Assembly (NCBI GenBank): GCA_030167865.1
Contig: JALAGF010003973.1
Coordinates: 1-64,000, forward strand
Direction: 5' to 3'
From: Craspedostauros australis
Taxonomy: Eukaryota
DNA length: 64,000 nucleotides
Numbering within the stretch: the stretch's first letter is position 1; each line of letters starts with the position of its first letter. Shown here one piece after another: positions 20,501-27,188 of this stretch. Position numbers and translations under genes: made by a program. The notes beneath the pieces were generated by a model, which saw only the letters and a program-made list of their open reading frames with translations, was not told the origin of the DNA and did no database searches.

Positions 20501-21763
20501 AGTCTGTATTTCCAATCTCTCCTCATAGACGGCGGCTGCCTCTCCGAGATACTCTAGCAACTCCATCGGGATATCAAACGAGTCGTCTTTGCCGTCGAGA
20601 TCGGAGCTGCTATCCTCATCTTTTGGTTCGTCGAGCGGGAGGATCGTTGATAGCAGCGCACCCATCTGCAGGACCGGCATTTGGGGAGGGTCAGTTTCCG
20701 ACGATATGTTGCTGTTGTTGCTGTTAGTGCCGCTGCTACTGCTGTTGACGGATGGGACTCCCAGAGGTCCATCAACGGCAGTCTTCGACGCGTCTGTGGG
20801 ATTTCTAGCTTTCGCGGAAGGGATGATGTCTTCCTCGGCATCCAGCTGCGGTCGAGACGTGAGGATGGACAGGATGGTGATGAGGAGTCCGTTGAGAAGG
20901 GTGTTGGTCTTTTCGTAATCTGCCATCATGCAGAATGATTTGGACACGAGACATTCCAAAGCATGGACACCGTCCGCGGATGGCGGGCTGGGCTCGGGTG
21001 TGTCGATGGATGATCCCGATCTCATGTCCGCATTGCGTTGATCGTCGTGGCTGTCATCTTCGGATGCGGCGTGCGATCGCGTGAGTTTGGACTTGGACTT
21101 GATCTTGTATCGCACCGGTGTCTTCATTTTGTCCATGTTGCTGCCTCCTTTTCCACAAGTGGATTCTTGAAACACGGGGTGGTTCATGACGCTCTTGAGA
21201 AGGTTGCGGAGGATGAACTGCTGATCCTTGTCAGAATCGATGTCACCGTCGCCGGCTGAAAAGGCTCTTCGCAATGCTGCCACGAGCTGAGGCGATGGTG
21301 GATTTTTGATGACGGCATCTTTCTTTGAGTTGCTCTCATCACCGCCGCTGTTGCTGTTGGTGCTGGCGTTGATGACATCAGCGTCAGCAGAAGACGATGG
21401 TGCGCTGACGGCTGGTTTGGGTTTCTTGAGCGAAAGGATTTTGGAGTGGTGCCGAAGGATGCGGCCGAGCTTGTAGGGTTCCGCCTGCGAGATCCATGCA
21501 TTGTCGTGGCGTGAGCTCTTGTTGGGTGGAGGCGACAGTCCGAATGCGCGGTCGTACTGCTTTGTCGTGTCTATCTCGTAGTGTCGAAGGGCGTACGCTT
21601 GTTCCACCAATGCGGCTCTCGTGATGAGGTTGGGGCGCGTGTGGACAGACTGAGACGTGGCTTCGTCCTGTTCATGTACAAGTAGTTGTGGAAGCGAAGG
21701 CGGATGCGTGGAAACGATACGCGAAAGAGGAACGAACGGGTACGATGTGAGAGGCTGTCGCAT
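5537..21763 (-). CDS. Giant HECT E3 ubiquitin ligase (3 SPRY, 2 UBA, MIB/HERC2, C-terminal HECT)
   Basis: 5408-aa ORF. SPRY motifs: GVHRWAVRLD, GKWYYEAIL..GDVVGCLVD, GVHYWEVKI..GDTVGVLLD. UBA motifs: MAELGLPRQWSELAL, LLEMGFPSRWCAEAL. MIB/HERC2: VVRGLDW...YRYG. HECT: FKVKLIGEGVNDYSGPYRE...LPSASTCFFSLALPKY. The true 5' end is uncertain because 21767-21668 is probably an intron. Confidence 0.93.
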   Translation of the reverse strand: MRQPLTSYPFVPLSRIVSTHPPSLPQLLVHEQDEATSQSVHTRPNLITRAALVEQAYALRHYEIDTTKQYDRAFGLSPPPNKSSRHDNAWISQAEPYKLGRILRHHSKILSLKKPKPAVSAPSSSADADVINASTNSNSGGDESNSKKDAVIKNPPSPQLVAALRRAFSAGDGDIDSDKDQQFILRNLLKSVMNHPVFQESTCGKGGSNMDKMKTPVRYKIKSKSKLTRSHAASEDDSHDDQRNADMRSGSSIDTPEPSPPSADGVHALECLVSKSFCMMADYEKTNTLLNGLLITILSILTSRPQLDAEEDIIPSAKARNPTDASKTAVDGPLGVPSVNSSSSGTNSNNSNISSETDPPQMPVLQMGALLSTILPLDEPKDEDSSSDLDGKDDSFDIPMELLEYLGEAAAVYEERLEIQTERLLEKRRKEQESSEHSSPLTPAFQLFSDSLVTSRRADAGTAVATAIVPDDNRIGGTNNINADDDDDDDDDDDFDHMDGMDDDDDDIDIAAAVSAALLQQIIGGTTVNMDSSDDDDDDDLDDDDDDSSSDDSDDSDDNDGPAAEHDFVEVVRNSGLLNLGLGGRNNNADSSSSSSSSSSESNNDQQATNENAAPSDDVDDADDEDDDDIDNEEQNEQARNNGSNDATRSAGTRSAGDGDSNDDDSDALRQALAMSLVEISNPSVEVEVQNSRESLISEGSTGPITPTADSATADGPNPAGVESDDIDLALPPLPQPPGSYPYAPLIPSGDLARPAEYGGEEEDRNAALSKKYLDPSALDKFGALPAPQVLIQLLKFIKMLTSKQLQRQQSRQQQNEERASGKRGKDVKQPDSITGGLGCALFPPTGMVTKSEKPNSGQDDEENHVSFHLLLSLIIVLVEQRDAASEQYHKALQQESAVSSENQLSDHTDDKAGLLVEEEDPALAKALEYLDDASDSNDASTLEAKGMSRKAAAAAHDAATLAKTLRRRCEGWEQHLKMLSQSCIMVLTSLQHWFHANARSCLSDKTRTLEMQSGKLPPSFTMKIAAALTSLMQGTTPRAAHSSAHAGDLAPVSLDLYRKALQVWGEFVPMSHPSRASQVALLRTYLDECSNADESSTSCHIDELKALPTTSAEVSFHRLQVLCRRLRVSDLLDHIIPRPACHSPSNANDTLEHVTQAQIVTGRDGNPTFVSDIVRSIRASPVFAAEGASELRDLYMAICHRCHVRLLLWDGLWGGDSENDDNAITPNSSQNDIIRVSSKSSNVLQFDATKCADSIAIFADGLDIGPNGASAHQRASKAWGAVLSANSYSPKTGVHRWAVRLDKCERGHVFVGVSTAQANIKTYVGGDKFGWGMIGTQALWHDRKKIRGDYGATFRTGSTIIVTLDTDVGTLSFTSWKDSSSNSSFSIDPLLQTPTSPRRPGTPSGTMEDWGVAFEGLPLDSKLYPAVGLYQRDDRVTLLTVESRGRSTTREMVFDGSGGSCFYPTSSADEADGSGLKAVRDINNHLSWDGTQYVCDLLEEVVRTVKAKKFDDLHTTQLLPSLGATLSLIPSWIPNLSKRTALVLLPRIAKCILVLNQACKDMKEEGQHLSLCNIREGQWIIRATGSSGTTTDAEEYVVDISRSRSGPDGTCTLGFQGSGVGTTGKSKNGLVSIMGTTRGSMVTFVEEWSEAGNTSAQSGSSAQDDDISSSCVVTARSSLDGTKFEGVYKNVQFGTQGQISGYWSPRASKSIDEPAVASTTNWTLTDMAVLCQSYGHLVAMIGDSEGWDAETSPKPEKTLFSSSEWSKRTTVLQECLDSAFMSKLSIPSDWEGNDAIMESLQSDFRPPTTVSQQDDEDWMKLLRLDALQEAEPSKSSEPQRTREINAWISEAVRKMDPDIAPQAGGSGSLRMLAPQEYNEARINIICAMVKLGNLRNLLGGTPKDAPIRLIDVWQAALFVMENGVRSAISQHKSQSRRDQCKAVCSLVNNTSLFLLGLEVDDDDSTSVTMMTTDIKAFYKTVNSAEDLEWIKLLFKRSATRCILKYVAASQATQMLSELGTNQSPASAVSLEAMIVYIPRILGRDGNGLKRGSEPKSTASGGSVGRHYLSSLSGAQSSVRRSLRKAVIKIFYELGEILGHLLSGRITTAMLQDRASWDSLTMSVLSSFITTLYPADVDAIASQSDILKRLSNLIATHEPAIRSVQFEDAAVDEIADGDNPLHHLDHLCQRDLSRVILKSSVTAAHVLHSQILSNATNTSGRSFEEATSFLYNECQRTFPILRDITKTMISEHCKKQETSTWTSVVDSVDAGDRKTSSASRKTAEGASKSFGAGLRHIESWSIFSNGQSPTTSQRPSTKNSRSSSSKTTRDAVGRSEHSFANKYMGNILNMLSMVSNDKLAPKYISERPEWLHLLLEGIGLSPVQDSNGTSRILAYDVASSPQGLLPARHRSRLVRMVLPIVEELDPDNALLMGLFEAAGSASILLAKNPFGNEEQVVRNEIVSLLRRLHRPGNLAWRAELNRVIFDVFRDAQPDTADATVSEIGILAFLNGGLDQIRCGSYVLMKPPTAAAVASDQQSALGIKGHSSGGNSSSVGNVPHHVVGNGTEGVIAGLCRDDSSAGIVSSVDVKNGLCEVVLLSRQQDTDVGANTDAESSEAVLGKQPKNRKSSRNALTVRALRCPLGDVVQVQEVPVVVNEPAENGELQTLILTRTLQRIQPPIDATGCAEEKDVDEKSTDAKSDESKEDLSLADETSKTTRCCAATLALRAAMTLLADKRNLEAFIKREESRKCLSQLLNLSCQKPLHTPDGNNVGVFLSSINLLEARCTHLLSLLNELSLRISTLDDVASSEWESRIAELRGKLTSANAADAHAESNNQNSGGDGHNDSEGGRLRTPPQTSSTSSRGNADAGRGDEPRGISQSTAGSENSDEDESEVAAAAAAHLREAAIVQMAELGLPRQWSELALRRTGGTNIEAAVHFCLEHGGDMDRLLAEERDRERSSQRRSSSGGRGRGGRSDGTSNHLLQQLLEMGFPSRWCAEALAANGNNVDEALTWILTHGERLTAEDEAMEDEDDADDDDDDDDDDDDEEEEDDEDEDDDDDDNSQNEGSDVDASNVEGNDDSKSDKCDPKLKRTSAGEESDDTKADMKPHWKGSVTPLRFISGRSIIDPKTLAISGLPSGGFSSVGTKGILLTKGKWYYEAILETAGCLQIGWADGSFAGHCHADRGDGCGDGPSSWAYDGWRRYRWHSSATEWGCRWKEGDVVGCLVDMDEKTMSFTLNGRGEEIGMGVAFSGTGFRPCGGVYACVSFNKREKLRLILGGKDNEHFRYPPPEGYRGVGDAVLDSVQERSALVRKEQILDGIAQDDDHRFLCDFSDGEHGHELMAWAHRYYGSDASVHLGSGRPKQSSGSQKSSSIISTGTMTPANCVGRRLKSHLPKLDGLSTEEANQEDGVMASPHARMRKSLDAVGLQIVEELNKESKALLALLAQKLVLHIIVTLGQDFDPSVCFAEGDVDGALKLWELLESSSSLLSTGWVGEAGAMALAAEALGLGISSNEHGHSRHSGSDKSGVASIGDLDDGVLIAKGGTVQVLTCLLQWQQIPQGMDTGSTIAAAAEAVIGSDGGSGIMVFLQDGIQSAVCKSATFRNIVVAAVRRGVRLLSVVEYDGDDSASIDSPRDEDDEDDEENDDEEAENANKGDSSQRKSSAAKKKSESKKNARETVAFPDARLISLLSGLLLSPQVENGVESHDEIKTGLFEAWSIGLLSASLPWRMISAFTAAGILNTHPAALKQVVESVPTLGRYFGRLKNTVSRRVWAERAAVPVCSRYVQALIELVSVVHRAVDPATFPASFMESWRTAEVDAATPMQYLAPARQEGVAQSNHWEVEGGWLMSDSGFEILTGTVSCKAVDWKTPSRSAVRTLMDGGDGPPMLREGCLVVRGLDWEESGKNGTEDGKDIYEAAKVKRGEQKKQLHDDEKKAAREDPDDKTKGDSEDGDDDGAGTKSGEHKSSGNDDGTKDDANQISSDTPDPADDSAQADLPETTTEGKGKEKNKKKRIPNPKLALGTVIGIEPWNGVEGMARRVRWHLTGKEGVYRYGGDGGRYDISHVEVNDKATRVRKRHPLPESSEQCVSRHGFGVAKRHNVLLRLSRAASRSGKEEEKEEDSVHHGILEWPDFGAGVQVQCVVHADGSLSITEQDLVYGARDSGWEARFGHPSFVAGTTYILKPSNRTSSQSEIDARSPHQSLYEDLAGGNTYVVPNLRNRERGGSKIQVLSEMKLARSLRHPKSIGEVASDLQTIPAAPIRFDRSFHAPSLSLSRDGRTVSCTSSDSRGTAFASVGFTKGVHYWEVKIEQADTGSVFIGVAEKPSGSGGSGSSFGYESQPRLNRWHGWGFVNFRATYTAGAERVYGAHCHSGDTVGVLLDCDTGRISFFFDGLKYGEHIMNDLGCAFENLSPFGFNVDGCGSGGAAQGAPSGIDIGRSGRYPAQGAVRPKALWPVIGLRNVGDRVTISSKWSTSYGIDGRAIVDNILAADEVLSLYKQCIPRRISRSNNNDSTSTSAIPKDSKGIAFPRWFVEEAFADYRRWLSASTCYSQTRGSGPYKLASFGLDVELDRSPLACASASALLGLPHALLPGDRVHLKRSAGRVLELAEEATILGTCQGRLYYRIALQKSEGGSLTEGGGRAWYFDESEVVDGLPSVEHNRARDIELPIMARFRCVSPGGLKIVFSNGAVVRSDLEIFEGSANRGTIPVNTVIPKCDVLERRVNSCGVVRYRVRYEPLGEGWISSRIRGGKEEPIVLPVKTDADGETRNDEELPKSPIQCALQWFEKYKQAHGDAGMDQGDTGPTIAEFEKLIEDGKIGGLGDVESDTILANALSLISDCWKEGDALNSPYHIVLAAVKHAISTKQGQPDDPSGDGDSTCNEAAVKSLGMLATPIPHATAIMARLSIIRCLNKRCRVALPWMPVRPSQEGTGILGGLCGTGAPVDRAGRSRHLASPANWVVVPSIAGKIRQFRELILPSVKNEFLRSVTSITATPTPLSHDEYELPREIRTVRLNRLKARRVMNSSNSGMIRKYSVFSQLQNETKGWGGNALRRGFVAKGHGGQRRAFKVKLIGEGVNDYSGPYREAFADAIHETQQRDENGSGWLGVFDPTPNNVTGVGDQQDLFMFSLNGKVLDGDTKDVSATERRIRDAFSSLMTVRDETVREVEESLVFLGRIVGTAFRHGIALDLPLPLESVWKAITEEQTTKERCMEEIDLLSNKQADDSSRPVLLWWQQRMLNAFVEGLCNVIPVELLSLFTGSELRDVICGSHEVDVDLLRRVVEYEGYKGDEPTIQYFWETLEELSNDEKKLFLQFVWARNRLPKKEGDFDAPFKIQEDVKAQGENKDVSLPSASTCFFSLALPKYSSKEILKSKLLFAINNVTTMETDFQTNSAEIAEGYKTI

Positions 21764-23619
21764 TCACCTTGGCAAGCTTGTGTCCCTTGCCTCTTGTGAC
21801 TCTTGCATCAAAACCTGAAGTTGGAAGGTAACACGCTGAAGCCACTGCCTCCTCCCCTCTGCGCACATGCACATGTGGATGAATATACGGATGCACATCA
21901 ATCAAAGCATGATCACTTACCAAAAGACGTGCAGTTCTGTACATGGCACCTTGGGGCTCCATGTCGATCAAGGTTTCGATGGCTCTTTCCCGCCCTGATG
22001 GGAGGGTTTCAGTTGGGCCTGCCATTGTTGATGTGTCCTCCTTTCGGCCTGATGAGGTGTCAGTTGTCGATCGTCGTTGCCTGTTGTGCAGCTTTGTACT
22101 CGTACGGTTGTGAGCTTATGCAGGAGAGCACAGCGCGGGTATGGGATTGTCTTGTGGAGTGCGACGTTCGTGCGCAAGGGTGATTCCTTCGGAGTTGGGT
22201 CTTCGTACTTCGCGCTTGAAGGTCACTGCTGGCGTGGCTGTCGCAGTGGTCGCCGCGGTAGCCGTAGCTGCTGCTGTGGTAGCCTGTGGTCGTTATGCTT
22301 GCGCTTGCTGTGCCGGTTGCCACTTCGCCAGTGTGGATTGCCACCAGCGCGAATACTGGTATGTCTCAAACAGTAAAGCCTTGTGCGAGGATGAGATCAC
22401 AGCACGTCTGACGTGTGCGATTGTGCAAGTGGATAGCGCAAGCGGATGCGCTGCTCTGTTCTGTTGTTTGCCAGTCTGAGTGTGCGGATATGATCCCAAC
22501 CTCGTTGGGCTGGCGATGAGATGCTTCAAGTGAAGGCCAGTGGCAGCAGTTGTTGCCGTTGTTGTTGCTGCTGGTTGACGCACAGGTATCCTTGTCTGGT
22601 TTCGCTGAGAAGGCCTGGATTTCGTCTGCGGATGGCTTCGTGGACGTTCGCCCTGAGATGGACTCCGAGCCTTCCTCAACTCTCTGATCGTTGTTCTTGC
22701 TCAGCGCGATCAATATCTTGCTGATACAACAGCTCCCCCTTGCCGTTGCCGTTGCCGTTGTCGTTGTTGCGGTACTGAGGTACGGACCGTTCGATGGAGA
22801 CTTTCGTGCTGTGTGCTTGGTTGCCTCCGCTCACAGCGCTTCTTTCTCTGTTACAATTGTGGGTCCTCGCTTTCTGTTTGTTCGTGTCTTTCGTCTTTCT
22901 CGCTGTCGGATGTTGCTCTGTTGGGGCGCTCTTCTCTCTTCTTCTTGGAGGCATCCGTCTTTGCCTCCCACCACAGAGCCACACGACTGTGTTGGATCGT
23001 CGCTGATTTGCACAGAACAACACCACGGTGGAGACCCGCGACGGCGATCCACGAAAGCGATGCAATCCGCGCAAAACACTGCAATTTCTGCGCTTCTCCG
23101 AAACACACACACACACAATCGATGAATCCCGCGTGTTGTGATTCACGATTAGTTACCCAAATGACTCTTTGACGTTCGATTCTTGTGACCGTCAACAACT
23201 CGAGCTGTTTTGGTGATGTTTGTGTTTGTCGTAGCGTATGTCGCATGCGACCCGTGGATGCATGTGTGTGGTTGTGGTCCTCTGTGTTTCAAAATGGACC
23301 AAAACGAACACATGGCGTCCCTTGAAAAAGGCTCTTTGTCGTTTGTTTGTGTTGTTGTTGTTGTCGTTGTTTTCTCCCCTTTTTGTGTGGAACAACAGCG
23401 ACAGCGTGGAGCACTCGCAGTCGTAATACGACCGCCCGTGACAGCGACGGGATGCGCCGTAGAGCGAAAGTATTGCCATCAAGAGCCACCACGAATCCGG
23501 AGAAGGTTTGCTGAAGACGAGTAAAGTCGCCGAACACAACACAGGACAGCTCACCATACGTCCACCAGCCAGTAGAGTACTTACCAACACTCACAAGAGC
23601 AGTGTGTTCCTCTCTACTA

Positions 23620-23623
<4 letters not shown>

Positions 23624-23665
<42 letters not shown>
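23624..23665. repeat. (AG)21 microsatellite
   Basis: Perfect dinucleotide run in the region between the divergent HECT and BTB genes. Confidence 0.95.
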
Positions 23666-23667
<2 letters not shown>

Positions 23668-24132
23668 ATCTGGCAACCGCAATCGCAATCACGCCTGGAC
23701 AACCAGAGCAAGTCCAAGCAAGCAACCAAGCAAGCAACCGCAGCTTGAGAGAAACAAGCAAAGAAGAATCCCAAGGAGCGAAGCTTTGCGGTGACAGTCC
23801 GTACCATCCTCCTGAATACTCCGTCGCAGTACGCATCGTCGCACTAATAGAATCTGCTCGACTCTGCTCCACTCGATTGCCGCGTCCTCGGATCATATTA
23901 TACCAACAGAGTACGTAAAGGAGTTCACTGTCTACAGAGACCTCTCAGAGACTGACTTTTACGTCTCTATCTGCATCCAGAGCACCCTGCTCTGCATTTC
24001 TTCCCAACACTCGTCTGCAATTCCCTTCGTCAACTTTGAAAGGTTCCTGCCACACAGCAACAACAGCAGCAACAACAGCAATAACAACAACAACAGCAGC
24101 AACAACAATAACTGACTCGGGAGGAGAGCCGC

Positions 24133-26908
24133 ATGAATCAGCAGGCAAGGCTCATCGAAGCTCTCATGAACCAGCAGTTGCGCCGGTGGCGCGCTGATGG
24201 GGCACAGAATGGTGCCGCAGCGCCAAATGGAGGCGCAGACGCAGCGAACATTGCAGCCGGTCTACAGGGTCTGGGATTGCCACCACAGCGCAATCGCATG
24301 AACGATGACAATGATGATGACGATGACGTCGATGTCAACATGGAAGACGAGGTAGACGCTGATGACAGCAATGCAGCCAATGCCAACGGCGCGGAAGCGG
24401 ACGACGGCGCTGCCAATGATGCAAGGCCAGGTGGAGACGCCAATGCAAATGCACCAGATGCGCCGCTGGATCTGGAGAGGGTGGAGGATGGCGCCTACGA
24501 GGGCGGCGTTGCACGCGGTTCGGAAAAGGCGCGCGACGCAACAGCCCCGACGCTCACCAAGAGCACTGAGTGCGAATTGGTAAGTGCATTCCATCTCGGC
24601 GCTTATCTTTGTATTTGTGTTGGTATTTGTGAGCTATGTACCATGCTACTGTCGTGTGATGCGATATCAAGGGTGCCAAGGATGGTGTGTGAGAGTGCAG
24701 GAATGTTGCAGTCGCTGTGGACTCTCTACAGAGTAACATCGTTGCAACAGTCTCTCGCTGTGCGCCAGGCTACATCTTGCAGCCCCCACATAATGGCATC
24801 GCGGCACATGTCACTCTGCAAACACTTCATGCTCGACCCATTTGAAGCCTGTTTTTGCTGACCACGTGTGCCTCTCTACTATCATGTATCCATCCATCGC
24901 CCTTGACCACTGCAATGTGGAATTACATGATTCCCATCCTCTCCCTGTGGGTTCACCGTATTGAACACGATGCGCAACAACACGCACGCACAAACACACG
25001 CAATGACTCGTTCAGATCTTCTACATCGAATGCGAAGAGGCGCTGGAAGCCGCACCAAACCATCCCATCATCAAGCCAGGCGTCACAGTCGCCATTGGAT
25101 CAGGTAGACACGTCAAGCTGGCCGCCGTCTTCAACAAGTACGTCGAATTTAGCAACTCTGTCGCCACCGATCAAACCGTGTCAGTGGACATGCTCGAGTT
25201 CACGCACTGCCGGGTTCTGGACAAGAACAACACTGCCGAGGTCAATGCCTTGATGAAGAATGATCGGATCATGGCCAGAAGGGTGCGCGCAGCCGAACGC
25301 GAGGCCGAAGCTGATCGAAAGCGCAGGCAGAGGGTTTCCGACAGGGAGTACTTCAAGCAGCTCAAGCATCTCATGCCCGAGCTTGGCGGCGCCAGAGTGG
25401 CGGACATCATCCTCGATTGCCGAGGTACGCTCGCTGATGAAAACGGGAGAAACCAGCAGGTGCTATGCACGACCGTCAAGGCCCATTCGGCCATTCTCAA
25501 GAAGCGCTGCAAGTGGTTTGCGGATATCATCGGCAAGGCCACCAGGGACCATGGCGAGGCGAGGAAGAAGCTCAGAGAACAGCAGGACGCTCTCAATCAA
25601 GCCAACCATGAAGCGCAAGTAGTCATATCTGATCAAGGGGTGCAGATACAACCGATGCAGCAGGGGCAGCCACAGCAACAACAACACCAGCAAGGCCAGC
25701 AGCAGCAACAACAACCGATCATCGACGATGACGGCACGGCCGCCGCTGCACGCATCGGGGATGACGTTTCTGGGACAGCCCATGCTGTTGGTGAAGATGG
25801 CATCGCCTCACTCAACTTCCAGCCCGATCAAGCGCAACCGCCGGCGCACTCGGGTGCCACGGCCATCGTCAATGACGATGATGACGACGACGACGACGAC
25901 GATGCTTCTTGCCGCGGGGTGGGCGGGGACTCGGACGATGAACACTCCGTCAACTCTGGATCACCATTGGCATTCCCACGCCACCCACATTCAATGCAGG
26001 ACGATCTTGTTTGGGTTCCCATCAACAACCATTCGCCGGAGTCAGTCAAGCTCCTGCTGGAATATTGCTACACAAACCGCGTGGCGCCACTGGGGTATGA
26101 TGCGCACGCCGCAGCCTGCATAACTCGGCCACACAAGGCTCACGATGCCAACTCTCCACGCAGCATCAACGGAAGCCAGTCCTCTTGTCTGCACCGTTGG
26201 CCGAGCAACCGGCATCCCAGCGTCACATTCGCTGTCGTGCTGGATGCAATTTCGCTGGCGGAGGAGGCCTCCATGAAGCGATTCTCGCTGATGTGCGAAG
26301 TCGCGGCGTCGCGATTACTGGATCAGTACAACGTTGTGGAAGCATTGATGATGTGCACCCTGCAGGAAAAGTTGACGGGCAACGGCCTCCCCCGCCTCCG
26401 CAAGGCTGCGATGGACATCCTCCTGCGCCATGGCTCGCACAATGTGAGCCAGATCGAGAGGGCGACATCGCTGACGAAGGTGCTGAAGGACGACTCGGCC
26501 CAGCTCTTGCCAACGCTCCTCAAGGGGATGCTCGAGACGTTGACAAAGAAGGACATGGCCAGCATGGACGTGTTGGAGAAGCGCACCACCAACGAATTCT
26601 TGCGCATCGACAAGAGAGAGCACAAGGAGAGAGAAAGGGAGCGCAAGCGCCGCCGCATGGAAAGACGGGGCTACGTCGGTTCATCCCAACAGGATTCGCC
26701 GCGTGGCGGCAACAACAGCGACCTCGACGATCGGCTGTATCAGAAATTCAAGCGCGACGTGCTTGGCAAGTCGTCGATGAACATCGAGCCCATGCACCCG
26801 AGGAGCAATTCGAGCATCGTCCCGCACGAGGATGTTCCGTCCACCACCACGTACACAAGATCTTCCTCCAAACGGCAACGGCGGAATTCAAGACGGAACG
26901 CGAAGTAG
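24133..26908 (+). CDS. BTB/POZ-domain protein with a preceding SUMO/ubiquitin-like domain (2 exons)
   Basis: Exon 1 is 24133-24579, a phase-0 intron GTAAGT..TTCAG spans 24580-25015, and exon 2 (25016-26908) joins in frame. BTB motifs: ADIILDC, VKAHSAILKKRCKWF, SPESVKLLLEYCYT. Confidence 0.85.
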
Positions 26909-27188
26909 TGTTGTTGTTCTTTTTCCAGAGAGCAGAGTACGCAACTGTACGCCAAAGGACGGTGAAGTAGGGTCGAGTAGAACAGCACTAGCTAAAGTAA
27001 TTAGTTCCATTCCTACGCTTTTCAAACTTGGTCCGCTTGAGAGGTGGAGTGTTGAGAGACAAACTAGGGTAATGCTGTCAAGTGTGGGTACTATGTTAGT
27101 ACTTGAAGCCACGATCTCTACGGTTCGATTATATATTGTATGGTCGTCATGTTCAACTCTTGCGTTGTTATCTCTATCCTCTCATGCT

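Noticed and set aside
21761-21766. In-frame TGA before the HECT ATG as selenocysteine or stop readthrough
   Set aside because: The TGA overlaps a plausible splice donor (AAG|GTGAAT), which is a simpler explanation. No SECIS element was recognised.
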